NCBI GenBank assembly: GCA_050575255.1 | Contig: JBNZDD010013712.1 | Coordinates: 2,311,628 to 2,375,627 of the forward strand | Length of the DNA stretch: 64,000 nucleotides | Origin: Harriotta raleighana | Lineage: Eukaryota | Direction: 5' to 3' | Shown: in pieces, positions 1 to 12,445 of the stretch | How positions within the stretch are numbered: position 1 is the first letter of the stretch | Layout of the letters: each line of letters opens with the position of its first letter | Notes under the pieces: generated by a model | What the model saw: only the letters and a program-made list of their open reading frames with translations | What the model was told of the DNA's origin: nothing | Database searches by the model: none | Made by a program: the position numbers and the translations under genes

Positions 1-359
1 TAACAAGTGAAACAGCCTATTAAACAAATTAGGAATGCTGAAAAAGTTACCCCATACTCATCCGAAAGACGACAGTTTTAACAGTCCAGCACTGCCCATC
101 ACTGAACAGTTGCATCAGCCTGGACAAGGAGGTGAAGAACAGAGAAGTTAAGAGACTATTAGCAATGTGTTGTTCTGAAGAAAGCAGCACTGATATGAGA
201 AACGACCAGGCATTTGTTTTTAGCCGATTCCCACAGTTACCCCATCGAGGGTAAGAAAGATAATAACTAATACCTTAGATGACGAGAGCTCACATCCATT
301 TCACTGCCCTCAACACCATGTCAGTCTAACAATCCGAATCATGCGCTTTATGAAGTACT

Positions 360-830
360 TGTCCTCCTTGATTTCCCCCTTGTCCTCCTTTCTCCGTTTT
401 TTTTTCCTCCCTGATTTTACCCCACCCGCGATTTCCTCCGTCTCCCCCCTTGTCCCTTTTTCCCCCTTTCTTCCCTGGCCCCATTTCCGTGTGTGTTTGT
501 GGGACACCGCTGTGCGCAATTTGGCTGCCGCGTTTCTCCCCAGATATACACCTGGTTTTCCTTCTCTCTTCCTCCTACCCCAACCCCTCCCCTTGCCCTC
601 TTTCCCCCTTTCATCCCTGGCCCTCTCGCTTCCATGACTGTTTGTGGGACACTGTTGTGCGCAATTTGGCTGCCGCGTTTCGCCCACAAATATACAGTCA
701 GTTTTTTTTTCCTGCTTTTCTTCCCCCGACCCCTTCCCCCACTTGACTGTACAGCGCCTTGGGACGTCCTCCTGACGTGAAAGGCGCTATATAAATATAA
801 TATATAAAATAAAATAAATATAAATAAATA
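360..830 (+). mobile_element. Headless retroposon 3' part: two pyrimidine-rich/Deu-domain units plus an L2-type tail and (AAAT)n
   Basis: tgtttgtgggacac...gcgcaatttggctgccgcgtttc starts at 494 and again at 639 (period 145). Tail is cagcgccttgggacgtcctcctgacgtgaaaggcgctatataaat. Confidence 0.8.
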
Positions 831-1683
831 CTGTATTTGTTTATTAAATCACAGTGGGCTCAGCAGTATGCATCAGGCCAATTAATACAACAAATAACAG
901 GTCAGTGAATCCCACGGGATATGTCTATTTGAAATATGTATTCACCTTTGGTGAAATATCCATTTTCCATCAAAAATGTAGTGAACTGGAAAAATATTCC
1001 AATGGAGCAATCAGTTGTCATCTGAATTATTAACTACACTATTTCAGAATGCCATAAATGTCTCAGACTTAAGAATAAATCAGAATAGTATAGCTATGTG
1101 TCCTTATATGTTAGCAACGTGCACCGGTGCTAAAGTGTTCGTGTACAAATGCACATAGAACAGAACACATCAAAAGTGCTGCCTTGTGCAATCAATATTG
1201 AGGCACTCCTCGGAATACCCTGAGACCCTCAGATACAGGATCTATCCCAATATTCCACCAATAAAATGTGACATTGTGACCTCTACCTTCAACTAACAGT
1301 TATGATACTTATTCAGGATCTCTGAGTTGAGAATTAAGGAATGTGCTTGCCTGGAAATATACAATTTCTACACTTTCAGCACTCTAAGACTGCCCCACAT
1401 GAAAGGAGCTATGTAAATGAAAGCTGTAGTTGTTTACAACGCAATCATGCAAAATGTTTTGAGACAGTTCTTCAATGTGATCAAACACATCGATTATTAT
1501 TATTGTTGTTACTTTGCTTCTGTTTTTTTCAGAGAGAAGCAAAAGTACAAGATTAGCATTTCCGTAAATGTGTTAGCGAGTCAACAAATTATATTGCCAC
1601 ATATAGCGAAGGATGTCCAAAGGTGTGGACAGTCAGGGATTTGGCAACAGGGATGAAAGTATAAGATAGCATTAAGGGAATCT

Positions 1684-1946
1684 ATCTGTAGCTCAGGGGT
1701 TAGAGCACCCGCCTCGCATGGGAGCGACCTGGGTTCGACTCCCAGCAAGTAATCCCTCAAAATAAACAGAATAATAAATTGGTCATTTCAATCCACAACT
1801 GTTTGTGGGACACTGCTGTGCTCAATTGGCTGACACATTTCACCCACAAATATACAGTCAGTTCATTTTACCGTATATTCTGTGAAGCGTTTTGAGATGT
1901 CTAGAAGACATGAAAAGCTCTATATCAAATGCAAAGATTATTACTA
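1684..1946 (+). mobile_element. tRNA-derived Deu-domain SINE (short form)
   Basis: A box tagctcagggg, B box ggttcgactcc, Deu core, and tail gtgaagcgttttgagatgtc...aaatgcaaagattatta. Confidence 0.85.
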
Positions 1947-2087
1947 TCTAAAAGAGAATTTAAGAGAATGTAGAGAGCAGTGAGATTATGGGACTCATTT
2001 CACATTCTCCATTCTACCCAAAGCAATCGTTGATGCAAATACATGCATTTAATGTGAAGCTCCCTTGAAGGGAGAAAGAAATACAGT

Positions 2088-2376
2088 ATCAATCAATCAA
2101 AAATTAAAAATGACATTTATATAGCGCCTTTCACATCGGGAGGACGTCCCAAGGCACTGAACAATCAAGTAGGGATCAGAGCAGGGGAGGGAGGTGTCGG
2201 GGGAAGGAAAGTAGAAAAATTGACTGTATATTTGTGGATGAAACACGGCAGCCAAATTGCTCACAGCAGTGTCCCATAAACAGTCATGGAAGTTGAGCTA
2301 GGGGAGAAAGGGGGGAAAGATGGCAAGGGGAGAGGTCGAGGTAGGGAGAAGGAGAGCAGGAAAAATCAACTGTATA
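2088..2376 (-). mobile_element. Same headless Deu-domain/L2-tail family, 5'-truncated
   Basis: Reverse complement matches 545-800; ends in (TTGA)n. Confidence 0.8.
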
Positions 2377-2950
2377 GAACAGTATGGGAGGGAGTAAGGA
2401 CTAGGTGTAGATTTGCGTAGAAGACTAGGTGAACACTGTAAGCGTTTTGAAAGGTCGATAAGATGTTAAGCGCTATATAAATGTAAGGATTATTCTTATT
2501 ATTATTATAGAGTGTATTATGCCTTTTACTGTCTCATTGGCCTTATTATGTATTTTATTGTCTAAAGTGATAGAAACAACATCTCCTGGCTGATCAACAT
2601 TCAGATTTTTGTCAAGCTTCCACTAGAACTCACTTCAAGTTTGTTGATCCAGTAACTGGTTTGCCTACAGAACCCACGGTGCGTGAAAGCATTTCCTTCC
2701 TCTCAGGTTCATCTGTGACATTGCGTAGTGCCATCTCCACCCAATAACAATAATACTTGCATTTGATATTGCGCCTCATCACATCATCAAGACGTTACAA
2801 AGCTCTTCACAAAATATACTGTAAGCAATATGCTACAAGACTCCACTACATTATAATTCCAGCAACAGAGAGAGGAACGAGATATAAAAAATAGTTCAAA
2901 CAGTGGCACTTGTCCGAATTACCTAGGATAGCTGACTGGTATCAACAATA

Positions 2951-3262
2951 TCAGTTTAGTGGTTATAGCACTCGCCTTGCAAGCGATTGGACCTGGGTTT
3001 GACTCCAGTCAAGGAAAAAGATTTGGCAGGTTTCCTTATTCCACATGCCTCCCTTCCCTTCCAAAAAAACATAATAATGATATTAATCATTTGGTCACTC
3101 AATCCATGACTGTTTGCTTGAAACTGCTGTGCGCAATTGGCTTCTGCATTTTTCCCACAAAAGATAAAGTCAATTCACTTTACAGTATATTCTATGAAGC
3201 TCTTTGAGATGTCTCAAAGGCACGATAAGGCTCTATATCAAATGCAAGAATTATTATTATGG
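2951..3262 (+). mobile_element. tRNA-derived Deu-domain SINE
   Basis: tRNA-like head with a ttgcaag anticodon-like loop, Deu core and (TTA)n tail. Confidence 0.85.
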
Positions 3263-4006
3263 CTCCAAAGAGCATGGAGAGATGCAATAGAGTCATTGCT
3301 GCCTTCTTGGCTGAAGCAAGCAGAACCCACTCTTCTCAGCAGTAATGATGTTTCATATAACCTGAAACTTATGAAAAATATAAACGACATCAAGTGAACC
3401 TTCAAAATTTGTGTCATCACATTCAAATCACCACATGGACAACCCTACTTCACTCTAGCAACCCAGCCTCACCTTCTGCTCGCTAACAACTATTTCAACA
3501 ACTTGCATTTATATTATGCCCTTCATATGGGTAGTGTCTCAAAATGCTCAACTGTGAGTACTGAACAGTAGTCTCTTTATTCCTGATCCACACCATGACT
3601 GGTGGATGAGCTTTCAGCTCTGCTCTCTGGAGCTCCATCCCAGAGACCCTCCACCTTGTCCCTCCATCCCCTTTTGAAGCCTGCCTTAAGACCTAACTTA
3701 TCTATTTACACTTTCAATCATCTTTTCTTTTACCCTGCCTCCATCAGTTCCATCTCTGCCACACAGCTCAAGTGCTTCGTCACTTGTGCAAAGCAGCTTT
3801 GAGACATCCTCCCGACATGAAGCGTGTTATAGAAATGGAAATTGTTGTAATGTTGCAAAGTCATTCATTGATTTGCTTCCTAACTCTGCATTACCTGTGT
3901 CCTACCTTATTCATATGTAATTAGTATACCTGATCGATTTGCTTTTTTTCCCCTTTACATTGAAGCTGTACACTGATAAATCAACTGAACGTGAAAATCT
4001 TCACTT

Positions 4007-4308
4007 GGAGTCCTGTTGCTCAGTGGTCAGAGCACTTGCCCAACAAGAGTCCTGGGTTTGATTCCCGGCAGGTGAAATGTTGGGCAAGTTTCCTTATTCC
4101 ACACACCTGATAATAATCCCTCAAGAGGAAAAAGGAATAATAAATTGATCACTTCAATCGATTGTTCGTGGGACACTGCTGTGTGCAATTGTGTACTGCA
4201 TTTTGCCCACAAATATCTAGGCAATTCACTTTGCAGTAAATTCTAGAAGAGCTTTGAGACATCTAGAAGGGGTGAATAGCACTATATGAAATGCAAGGAT
4301 TATTATTC
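4007..4308 (+). mobile_element. tRNA-derived Deu-domain SINE
   Basis: ggagtcctgttgctcagtggtcagagc head, Deu core and tail. Confidence 0.88.
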
Positions 4309-4589
4309 AAAACTATAAAATCAACATATTATTGTTAAACATCCAACTTTCTCTTTTGTTCATCTGAAAATATCCATCTTACCCACATTTTTTCTTAACC
4401 AACATTTTTCTGAATGCTACCTAACCCTTTAACATGAGCCACACTTAAATGGATTACAAATAAATAAATGAATGTAGAAAATCTCAAAGTCTTTGAGTGA
4501 AGAATGTGACTTGCCTTGTGATACATACCACCAGTATTCATTGTCATATCATTGAAAATGTAATACCTCTTCGACCTCTTAACTATCTA

Positions 4590-4905
4590 CCAACCTACCT
4601 GCTCCCTCCACTCAGCAGGCTCCAGCCTGCTTCATGTCTCCTGCCTCACCTGCCATTGGCGTTTGGGCGATCAGCCATTCTGCCTCCACCATCTGAAACT
4701 ACATCCCATAGTCCCTCTACATTCACCCCATCCCTTGCTTCCTTCCAGACCACCTCAAGGCCCTCTTCTTCGACCGTTCTTTTGACCAACTTCCATCTTC
4801 CCCTACCCTCCACCCTTCCCAATCCTGACCCCCAGCTTGGGTCCAAAATACTGTCTGTTCAACTCCTTGGGACGTCCTCCCAACATGATAGGCGCTATGG
4901 AGAAT
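4590..4905 (+). mobile_element. L2 LINE 3' fragment
   Basis: Degenerate RT C-terminal motif (IGGRAF...APTxWN-like) and a ccttgggacgtcctcc tail. Confidence 0.75.
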
Positions 4906-5309
4906 GGCTTCTTGACTTAGATACTCGAAGACAAGCAGAAATTCTGAAACAGTTTCTTAGGCAAATCAGCAGCTTCAGGAGAAGGGAGTAAAAGCATGTA
5001 ATTAAACAGTCATCTGCTACATAGTATTAATAATAATACTAGGTTAAATATAGGAAGTCAGTTGCTTTGGGCATTATCTATTTATGTTTTCTCACTGCAA
5101 TTCATGATGTTATATTTAGCAACTTTCTGATGAGCCTATATGAGATACACAATGACACTTTAATATATACATGACCTCTTTTGACGGCTGCTTTGGACTA
5201 TCATAGGATAGAACATTATACAGGATGTTAGTCACAAAGCAACAGCGCCACCAACAAGGTAAACACTGCAGTTACATCAAACGTCCCAAATTGAACATAA
5301 GTACAGCAG

Positions 5310-5638
5310 TAATAATAATAATAACAATCCTTGAATTTTATGTAGCGCTTTTCATGTCTTCTAAACGTCTTAAAGTGCTTCACAGAATACTGTATACTGT
5401 AAAATGAATTGACTGTATATTTGTGGGAGAAACGCAGCAGCCAATTGCACACAGCAGTGTCCCACAAACAGTGGTGGATTGAAACGACCAATTTTATTAT
5501 TGTGGATTTTTTGGAGGGATTATTATTAGGCATGTGGGTGTGGAGTAAGGAAACTTGCCCAAGGTCTCGCCCTGACCTAACTGGATTCAAACGCAGGTCT
5601 CACAGTTGTAAGGCGAGGGCTCTAATCACTGAGCTACA
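5310..5638 (-). mobile_element. tRNA-derived Deu-domain SINE
   Basis: Reverse copy with head (gtagctcagtgattagagc), Deu core and (TTA)n tail. Confidence 0.9.
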
Positions 5639-5959
5639 ATACCATGGTAACAACAAATTACACCATGCAGTTCTGAAGAGAGAGTCTACTGTTCAACATG
5701 TGTAAGTCAGACACTATCAAATGTTGGTTTGCTGCATCCAGGGATATTCCAGCTTTCCTAGACTTCTCACTTTTTTTTTGGTGGGAGTGTGGTGGGGAGA
5801 CTCGGAGTGGGTGAGACTGAAACAACGAAAACAACCCCCACATTTGGTTCAACTGCTTTCACATTGGGAGAATGTCTCGAAGTGCTTCACACGATATAAT
5901 GTAAAGCAGAGTCAATGTGGGTTAACAAACATCATTATAGTAATACAGCTACTCATCCT

Positions 5960-7205
5960 CATTCCCACCCTCCCTGCTAATCCCTCCAACACCTCCTCCC
6001 ATCTCACACATTCCTCTGGCAAGAGTCTCCTCCGTACCAGCCTACAAAATATCCACTCCCTCAGTAACAAGGCTCTGATCATCAATGATCTCATCTTTGA
6101 TGAAAATATCACTTGCGTTATGCCCGTACTCCTATGGCTCATTCCCCTCATTCGCACACCTTACACTCGACCATCCCTCCAATCTTTCCTTCATAATGCT
6201 CCTCATCGGCAACTTCAACCTTCACTTCATACACTTCTGCTCAATCTCCTTGGACTTCTCTCCTCTCCTTTCTCAACCTCTCCCTCCGCAACCCTCTGGC
6301 ACCCATATTTATGGCCACCCATTCAACCTAGTGATCCCTTTGGGCCTCAGTTTCAGATATCACAATCACAAACAAATCCATCACTGATCACCATTTCATC
6401 TCCTTTAACTCCTCAATCTCTTTCCCTATCACCACCAAACCTACCTCCATCTCCTACCACCGCTGGAATAAAATCTCCCTACAATCCCTCCCTGTTGCCA
6501 TGGAGTCATCTGAATTCCTCCCCCATTGACTATCTGAGACACACTGAACTATCCTCCTCACTCACTCTCCTCCCTAACTCTCTCTCCACCATTTTCAATG
6601 CCCTTGCCCCACTTACCTCATGAACCACCTCCTACTCATGAACCTCGCCCTGCCTGGTACACCAGCCACCTCCATTCCCTCAAGTGTCAGGTGCTGGCCT
6701 CCAAACTCACTTGGCTCAAATCTGATCTAGACAAAACAAAACACAAAACAAAATTACATTATAAAAAGCCTTCCATGTCAGGAGGATAGAATTCAAAATC
6801 CTCATCCTCACTTTCAAGGCTCTCCATGGCCTTGTCCCTTCCAAACTTTCTGACCTGCTGACCCCTTATCAACTCTCCATTCAGCAAACTCCGTCCTACT
6901 CCATGTCTCTTGCCATATACATGCTACCATCGGTGGCCAGGCTTTCAGCTTTCAGCTTTAGCTTCTCTGCACCCACCCTTTGGAACCCGATCCTACCATC
7001 CCTTCGCCTTGATCTCTTCCTTGCCTCCTTCAAGACCCTCCTTTTCAACCATCCCTTCATCCACTTTACTATCTCTCTGCTTTCCCTCATCGCAACCCTG
7101 CCTCCCCACACAACCACAGTCGGGTCCTGATCCCTGACCGTTCAGTGCCTTGGGGTATTCTACAGATGTAATAGGCACTTTACAAATGTAATTTTGTTGT
7201 AGTTG
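5960..7205 (+). mobile_element. Internally deleted L2 LINE (APE endonuclease region plus RT 3' end)
   Basis: LQNIHSLSNKALIINDLIFDENITC and LIGNFNLH resemble APE motifs; RIQNPHP/FSFSAPTLWN-type RT C-terminus and L2 tail at about 7130-7205. Explains ORF 5721..6623. Confidence 0.8.
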
Positions 7206-7249
7206 GTGTACTCCAATATCGTTAACACATTTATTTTCATACTGGAATA

Positions 7250-7580
7250 AAAATAATTCTTGCATTTGAAATAGCATTATCACATCTTCAAGATGTTTCA
7301 AAGCACTTCACAGAATATACTGCAAGGTGAAGTGACTGAATATATTTTGTGGGCAAAACACAGCAGCCAATTGCGCACAGCAATGTCCCACAAACAGTCA
7401 TTGAGTGATCACATTTTTAAAAAGTTATTCTTACCCCAGGAAAAAGAGATCTGCCAAACGACTAACAATCATGTTCCTATTTACTGCTAGGTAAACAGAT
7501 GAGTGTGGAGTAAGGAAACTTGCCTAATGTTTTGCCCTGACCGTGAATCAGACCCATGTCTCTTGCTTGCGAGGCCCCTT
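7250..7580 (-). mobile_element. Deu-domain SINE, long form with extra ctagcagtaaataggaac segment
   Basis: Reverse copy: head remnant, gtttacctagcagtaaataggaac insert, Deu core and tail. Confidence 0.8.
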
Positions 7581-8934
7581 ACAATAAAAAACATTAAAAA
7601 ATCTAAAAATGTTTGCATCGATTTCTATTTTATCTTTTCCAATGGTACCATGGTACAGTGCTATTTATTTTCATCTATTGAAGTTAAGAGAAGGTTATGT
7701 CTATTTGAGTTCAGCACCTTTGTGTGCATCCGAGTGGATCTGCAGTTTTCCTCGATGGATCTAGTGTTTACAGTGATAGTCCTCACAGTGCGGTGTCTGA
7801 GACTAACTAGCATCTCAACACTGTATAGAGTGGCAATAACAAGTCAAACTCAATTGCCAAACAATATCCAGTAAATATCCTTGCTGCAGTTCTCTACAAT
7901 TCCACCCTCATGTTTGCGAACTGAATGGAAACATGCTCTTGCTGGATTTTCACAGCAGAGGGGGTTGTTGTCACATTTTTCATACTTTTAAGCCAATATC
8001 CTACCAGTGATGAAATGAGCCGCGGGTATTCATGCTACCTTCTTGGAAGGCCTTAATCAGCTTCCATGTTTAGATTTTTGCATGCTGATTGATTGCGAGC
8101 TGTGTTACTGTTTGACCATTCATCAAAGAAATGTTGTTTTATCTCATTGCTTGTCGTGTCAAGCAATTGTGGCATGACAATTGCTAGACTATTTCACAGG
8201 ATGGAGCTGTAAAATGGTGACAGGAAAATCGTGACTGCTAGTCAGCCAGTGCCATCTCTAGCCATGGAGTGTTAGAAGTGTTGATGTGTATTGCTGTCTC
8301 AGTAATTCCAGTGAGACCGTTTGATTTAGGAATATTTCTTACCAGATTTCTCGTTCAATGAAGACCTTCTTCTTCGATCAGGAATAATCACCTCTCCTCG
8401 CTGCCCGACTCGGTCTCAAGCTCCGCCATTGTTAATTGCTCTGAACACTACACCATGTGAAGTATGCTGTATAAACGCATATTGTTGTGCATGATGCGCT
8501 TCAAGTCACCATTACGTGTTACCACTCAAGATTTTATTAATTATTAAACCCATTTTAAAATATTGTACTGTAATATTGATTCTACTTGCTTAGATTGTGA
8601 ATAGTTACTTTGCTGATTAATTCCATAGTTCAGTCAAATGATCTCAAATGTATCAATATTACAGACAATAATACAATAAAGAACTTTGATTAACAGAAGC
8701 CCAGCCATTAATGTAAGTCTCTGCAGAATAAAAAAAGTCAAATATTTTTATTGCTAGTTGATGAGCAGATAATTTTTTAATGTGCTTTTACTGAAATTGT
8801 GTTTCCTTCATTTATCCTGCAGTATCTGGTCCAAATTAACTTACAATAGATAGTGACTACACTTCATACTAAACGTTATAAAGCACTTTGAGACATCCTC
8901 CAGTTACAAAATAAATGAAATACTGTAATACGAT

Positions 8935-9365
8935 AGCAATCCTTGGTTTGCATCTTAACATATCAAGATATCTCAAACTGCTGCACAGGATTTTACTGCA
9001 AAGTGTAATGACTGTGTGTATTTGTGGTGAATGTGGCAGCCAATTTGCACACATCATTACCCCATAAACAGTCTGGAAGTAAATGACAGATTTGTCTGGG
9101 GGATTGTTGGTCAGACCTTGGGAGAAATTGCCTTCTCTTTGAAAATGTTGTCATGGCATCTTGAACCTCGGTTTAATATCATATATTGAATGCAGCAGCT
9201 AATTTCCACACATTAATGTCCCACCTACAGCCATGAAGTGAAAGACTGATTTTATTTGAGGGATTGTTGGCGAGGACACCGGGAGTTACTCCCTTCTTTT
9301 TTTAAATCGTGCCAGGGAATTTTTAAGGTCTCCAGTTTAACATCTCATCCGAAGGACGGTGCAAG
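8935..9365 (-). mobile_element. Older AmnSINE1/SacSINE1-like DeuSINE fragments (two partial copies)
   Basis: gggattgttgg...gacaccgggag...gtgccagggaat...ctcatccgaaggacggtgc, plus a degenerate Deu core. Confidence 0.6.
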
Positions 9366-10399
9366 ATATTATTTGACTTGAAAGGTGTTATATAAATTTA
9401 AGTCATTGTTGGAAATTTGTAATTAAACACAGGCAAAGGGCAACCAGTGGGAGGGGAGAGGGAGGCAATGATCCTCTAAATTCACTGATGTCAGACATCA
9501 AATCCTGGAGGAGTCTTAACTTGGTCTGTTTTCACCATGGCTTTGTATAGTTACAATGCCACCTGTTCAGAGGTTACATACTGGCCTCTCTACTGTATTT
9601 ATACTGGAATTAAAAGTGCTGTTACCAAGATTTAAAAAACAAAAGCCATTTGGGTTGGTTTCATAACTGAATTTTGTAATCTCTGCCTACTTTGTTCATC
9701 CTGATGAATACATAAAGAGACACAGGATTACAGGTGGAAGTGGGTTACAAACTGTAATTTAATTGAGGCATGCATCTAATCCCTAACATAGTTTGGGAGA
9801 TTAAATCAATCTGCTTGCATTATCTATTTCTGATAGATATTATGTTTTAAATAAAATAACTGATTTATCGTTAAAATTAGACTGAAATAAGTGACTACAT
9901 TTAATAATATGAGAGATTTATGTAGTTATATTGATATAGAGTATTACAGATAGGTGAGTCAGAAAAGGATATAATCAGAAATCATGTTACAGTTAAGAAG
10001 AAAATTTCTAGGAGTTTTTTATGAATATATCATTTGATTACGGGTTTGAAATACTACATATCTGAAATGTTACCTCGTCTTAGCCTGAAAGACCATATAT
10101 CTATTTTGTTCATATAAATATGTGGTTATACACAAAAATGTAGTCAGTGCATTTTCCAGTACATTCTGTGAAGCGCTTTTAAGATATCTCAACAACATAC
10201 AACAAAAGGAGATACTGTATATCAAATACAATGATTATTATTATTGATTTTAGGGGACAAAATGGCCCAGAAAAGTGATAAATTTAGAAGTTTGGGTTTT
10301 TTGAACTATAGAAATCTATCTTCCAATTGAAGATCAAAGTTAAGCAATTTTCACAATTCTACACGTCCTAAGTTTTAAGATAGCTCTCCAATGTGCTTC

Positions 10400-10800
10400 A
10401 GAATGCCAAATGAGAGCCAGAGCTTAGTGTAGAAATGTGTGGTTGAAAAGATAGTTCTTTAAGTGGACTTTAAAGGTGGGGAGGGAGAGGGCAAGGCTGT
10501 AATCAAGAGACGAGGCAGAGACTTCGAGTTCAGTTGCATCCGATTTTTATGTGGAAATGGACTCCATGCTTATCGATGAGGTCACCAAGGGGAAGCAAAT
10601 GTAATTGAATGTTGGGAGAGGGAAGAGTGAAGGAGCGAGGCATTGCCTCATTCCAATATCTTGAAGAGGATGGGCAGGCTAGACATGTATCAGGAGCAGA
10701 AAACCTTGGGAAGGACAAGTGAGGGTTTCTTGAAGGAGACAATGAGGGAAGTTTTAAAAGGGAGGGGCAATTTGTGCCAGAGGATGATGATGTAGCTGGT
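10400..10800 (-). mobile_element. Degenerate L2 fragments
   Basis: Purine-rich strand. The minus translation YWNEAMPRSF and LLPLGDLIDKHGVHFH resembles L2 RT (GVPQGS...LPLGDIIRKHGVSFH). Confidence 0.6.
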
Positions 10801-10878
10801 AGAGGAATGGGAGGGGGAGCTAGGTGATATCTAAAAGTGTGGTATCTGATACAATAAATGCTATACAATAAATAATTG

Positions 10879-11194
10879 TGGAGTCCTGTAGCTCAGTGGT
10901 TGGAGCACACACCTAACAAGTGAGAGACCTGGGTTCAATTCCAGGCAGGATGAAACCTTGGGTAAGCTTCCTTACTCCATGTGCCTAATAATAATCCATC
11001 CAAAAAAATTGGTCATTTAAATCCACAACTGTTTGTGGGACACTGCTGTGCGCAATTGGCTGCTGCGTTTCGCCCACAAATATACAGTCAATTCATTTTA
11101 CAGTATATTCTGTAAAGTGCTTTGAGACGTCTAGAAGACGTGAAAAGCACTACAGTATATCAAATGCAAGGATTATTATTATTATTACTATTAT
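10879..11194 (+). mobile_element. tRNA-derived Deu-domain SINE, well preserved
   Basis: ggagtcctgtagctcagtggttggagc (A box), gggttcaattcc (B box), Deu core and (TTA)n tail. Confidence 0.92.
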
Positions 11195-11772
11195 GTATGC
11201 TTTTGACTCAAGCAAGGCAAATAGGTATAATCCTTGAGCAGATTCCTGGCTATAATCAGAAGAGACAAGCTCATTAAAAAAATTTGAAATCAAAGCATGA
11301 CTAGTGTTTAAAAACATTGTATGTGATACGGTTGAGAGCTTTTCGTTGTGTCATGGGTTATCTGCTGTATTTTACAATATCCATCATTTAATTTCTGCTT
11401 ACTGTATTTCTAATGCCTTGTTCTGGCCAGAGGTAAGCTGCAGACAGGTGACTCATTGTGAGCTGAGCACAATTAATAGAAGCACAGAGAAATGTGACAA
11501 GTGAGAATATTTGAAAGGAGAGCTTTTTCAGTGGCTTCAATGGGTCATTAGCTTTTACAAGCTGACCAGGCCAAAGAAGTTCTAATCTCTGTGGACGGAC
11601 ATCATCCATAAACATTCAGATCATTCCCTGAAAATGGGTTTTACTTCTATAATATTAATAGAGACTGCCCTCAATGTAGTTCCAAACTTTAAATAGAGGC
11701 GACCCCCGCCCCCCCTAACTCAGCAAAGTTTTTGTTGCGCACTCCCCCTTCCCCCCACCACCACCACTCCTT

Positions 11773-11975
11773 CACACTCGGCTCCACACACTCGGGTCCT
11801 CGGCTCCACACGGACTCCAGTTCTCGGATCCAGACGGACTCCGGTTCTCGGATCCAACACTCAGGTCCTCGGCTCCACACACACTCAGGTCCTCGGCTCC
11901 ACACACACTCAGGTCCTCGGCTCCACACACACTCAGGTCCTCGGCTCTATACACCCGGGTCCTTGGCTCCACAAA
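11773..11975. repeat. GC-rich minisatellite, 24-bp unit CACTCAGGTCCTCGGCTCCACACA, about 8 copies
   Basis: Tandem units read directly. They produce the repeated HSGPRLHT and VWSRGPEC translations. A partial copy sits at 15755-15825. Confidence 0.95.
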
Positions 11976-12219
11976 CTTCAACACACACTGATGTCGGAGA
12001 AGTGAGTGGGGTCGCCTGGGAGTTGAAGTGCTTGGCAACGGAAAGTTGGAATCAAGTCAACCTTCAGTGGTAGACTTGGTATTCCAGTTCCTGAGCCACA
12101 TTACTCCAGGGCAGTGCTGATGACAGCCATGCCAGCCTGGCTCATCATCAGGACTTGCGAAGGCAGACCAGTCATTGGGGGCAGAAATCCTTCCCACTCA
12201 ACTCCAGTTAATCTTGCAA

Positions 12220-12445
12220 ACTAAACAGAGTTCTGGATGATCTGCAGCTTGTGGCGGGAGGAGTTGGGAAGGCAAACAAGCAGGGAATTAGCATTGTCAA
12301 ACCTAGATGCAGTGAGTGCATGAATGAGTTTTGGTGACCTGAGGGCGAGGCAGTTGCAGAACTCGACAATGTTGCTAAATTGGGAAAGACAGAACGGGTC
12401 ATGGTATGGATGTGGAGGGCATAACATACCAATATGACTTGGCAT
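12220..12445 (-). mobile_element. L2 RT fragment (duplicate at 16071-16296)
   Basis: KLIHALTASRFDNANSLLVCLPNSSRHKLQIIQNS matches the L2 RT motif LIHAFVTSRLDYCNSLL...KLQLIQNSAAR. Confidence 0.85.

Noticed and set aside
170-215. CTGAAGA...GAAACGAC hammerhead-like motif
   Set aside because: No stem II pairing and no valid NUH triplet.
5721-6623. Longest ORF (300 aa) as a host gene
   Set aside because: Pro/Ser/Leu-rich read-through of a decayed L2 endonuclease region, with no splice structure.
10879-10950. tRNA genes at the SINE heads
   Set aside because: A and B boxes are present, but the acceptor stems and anticodon loops vary between copies and each head runs into a SINE body.
11689-12073. 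Repeat-protein ORFs or a CRISPR-like array
   Set aside because: Head-to-tail 24-bp minisatellite with no unique spacers, in eukaryotic DNA.
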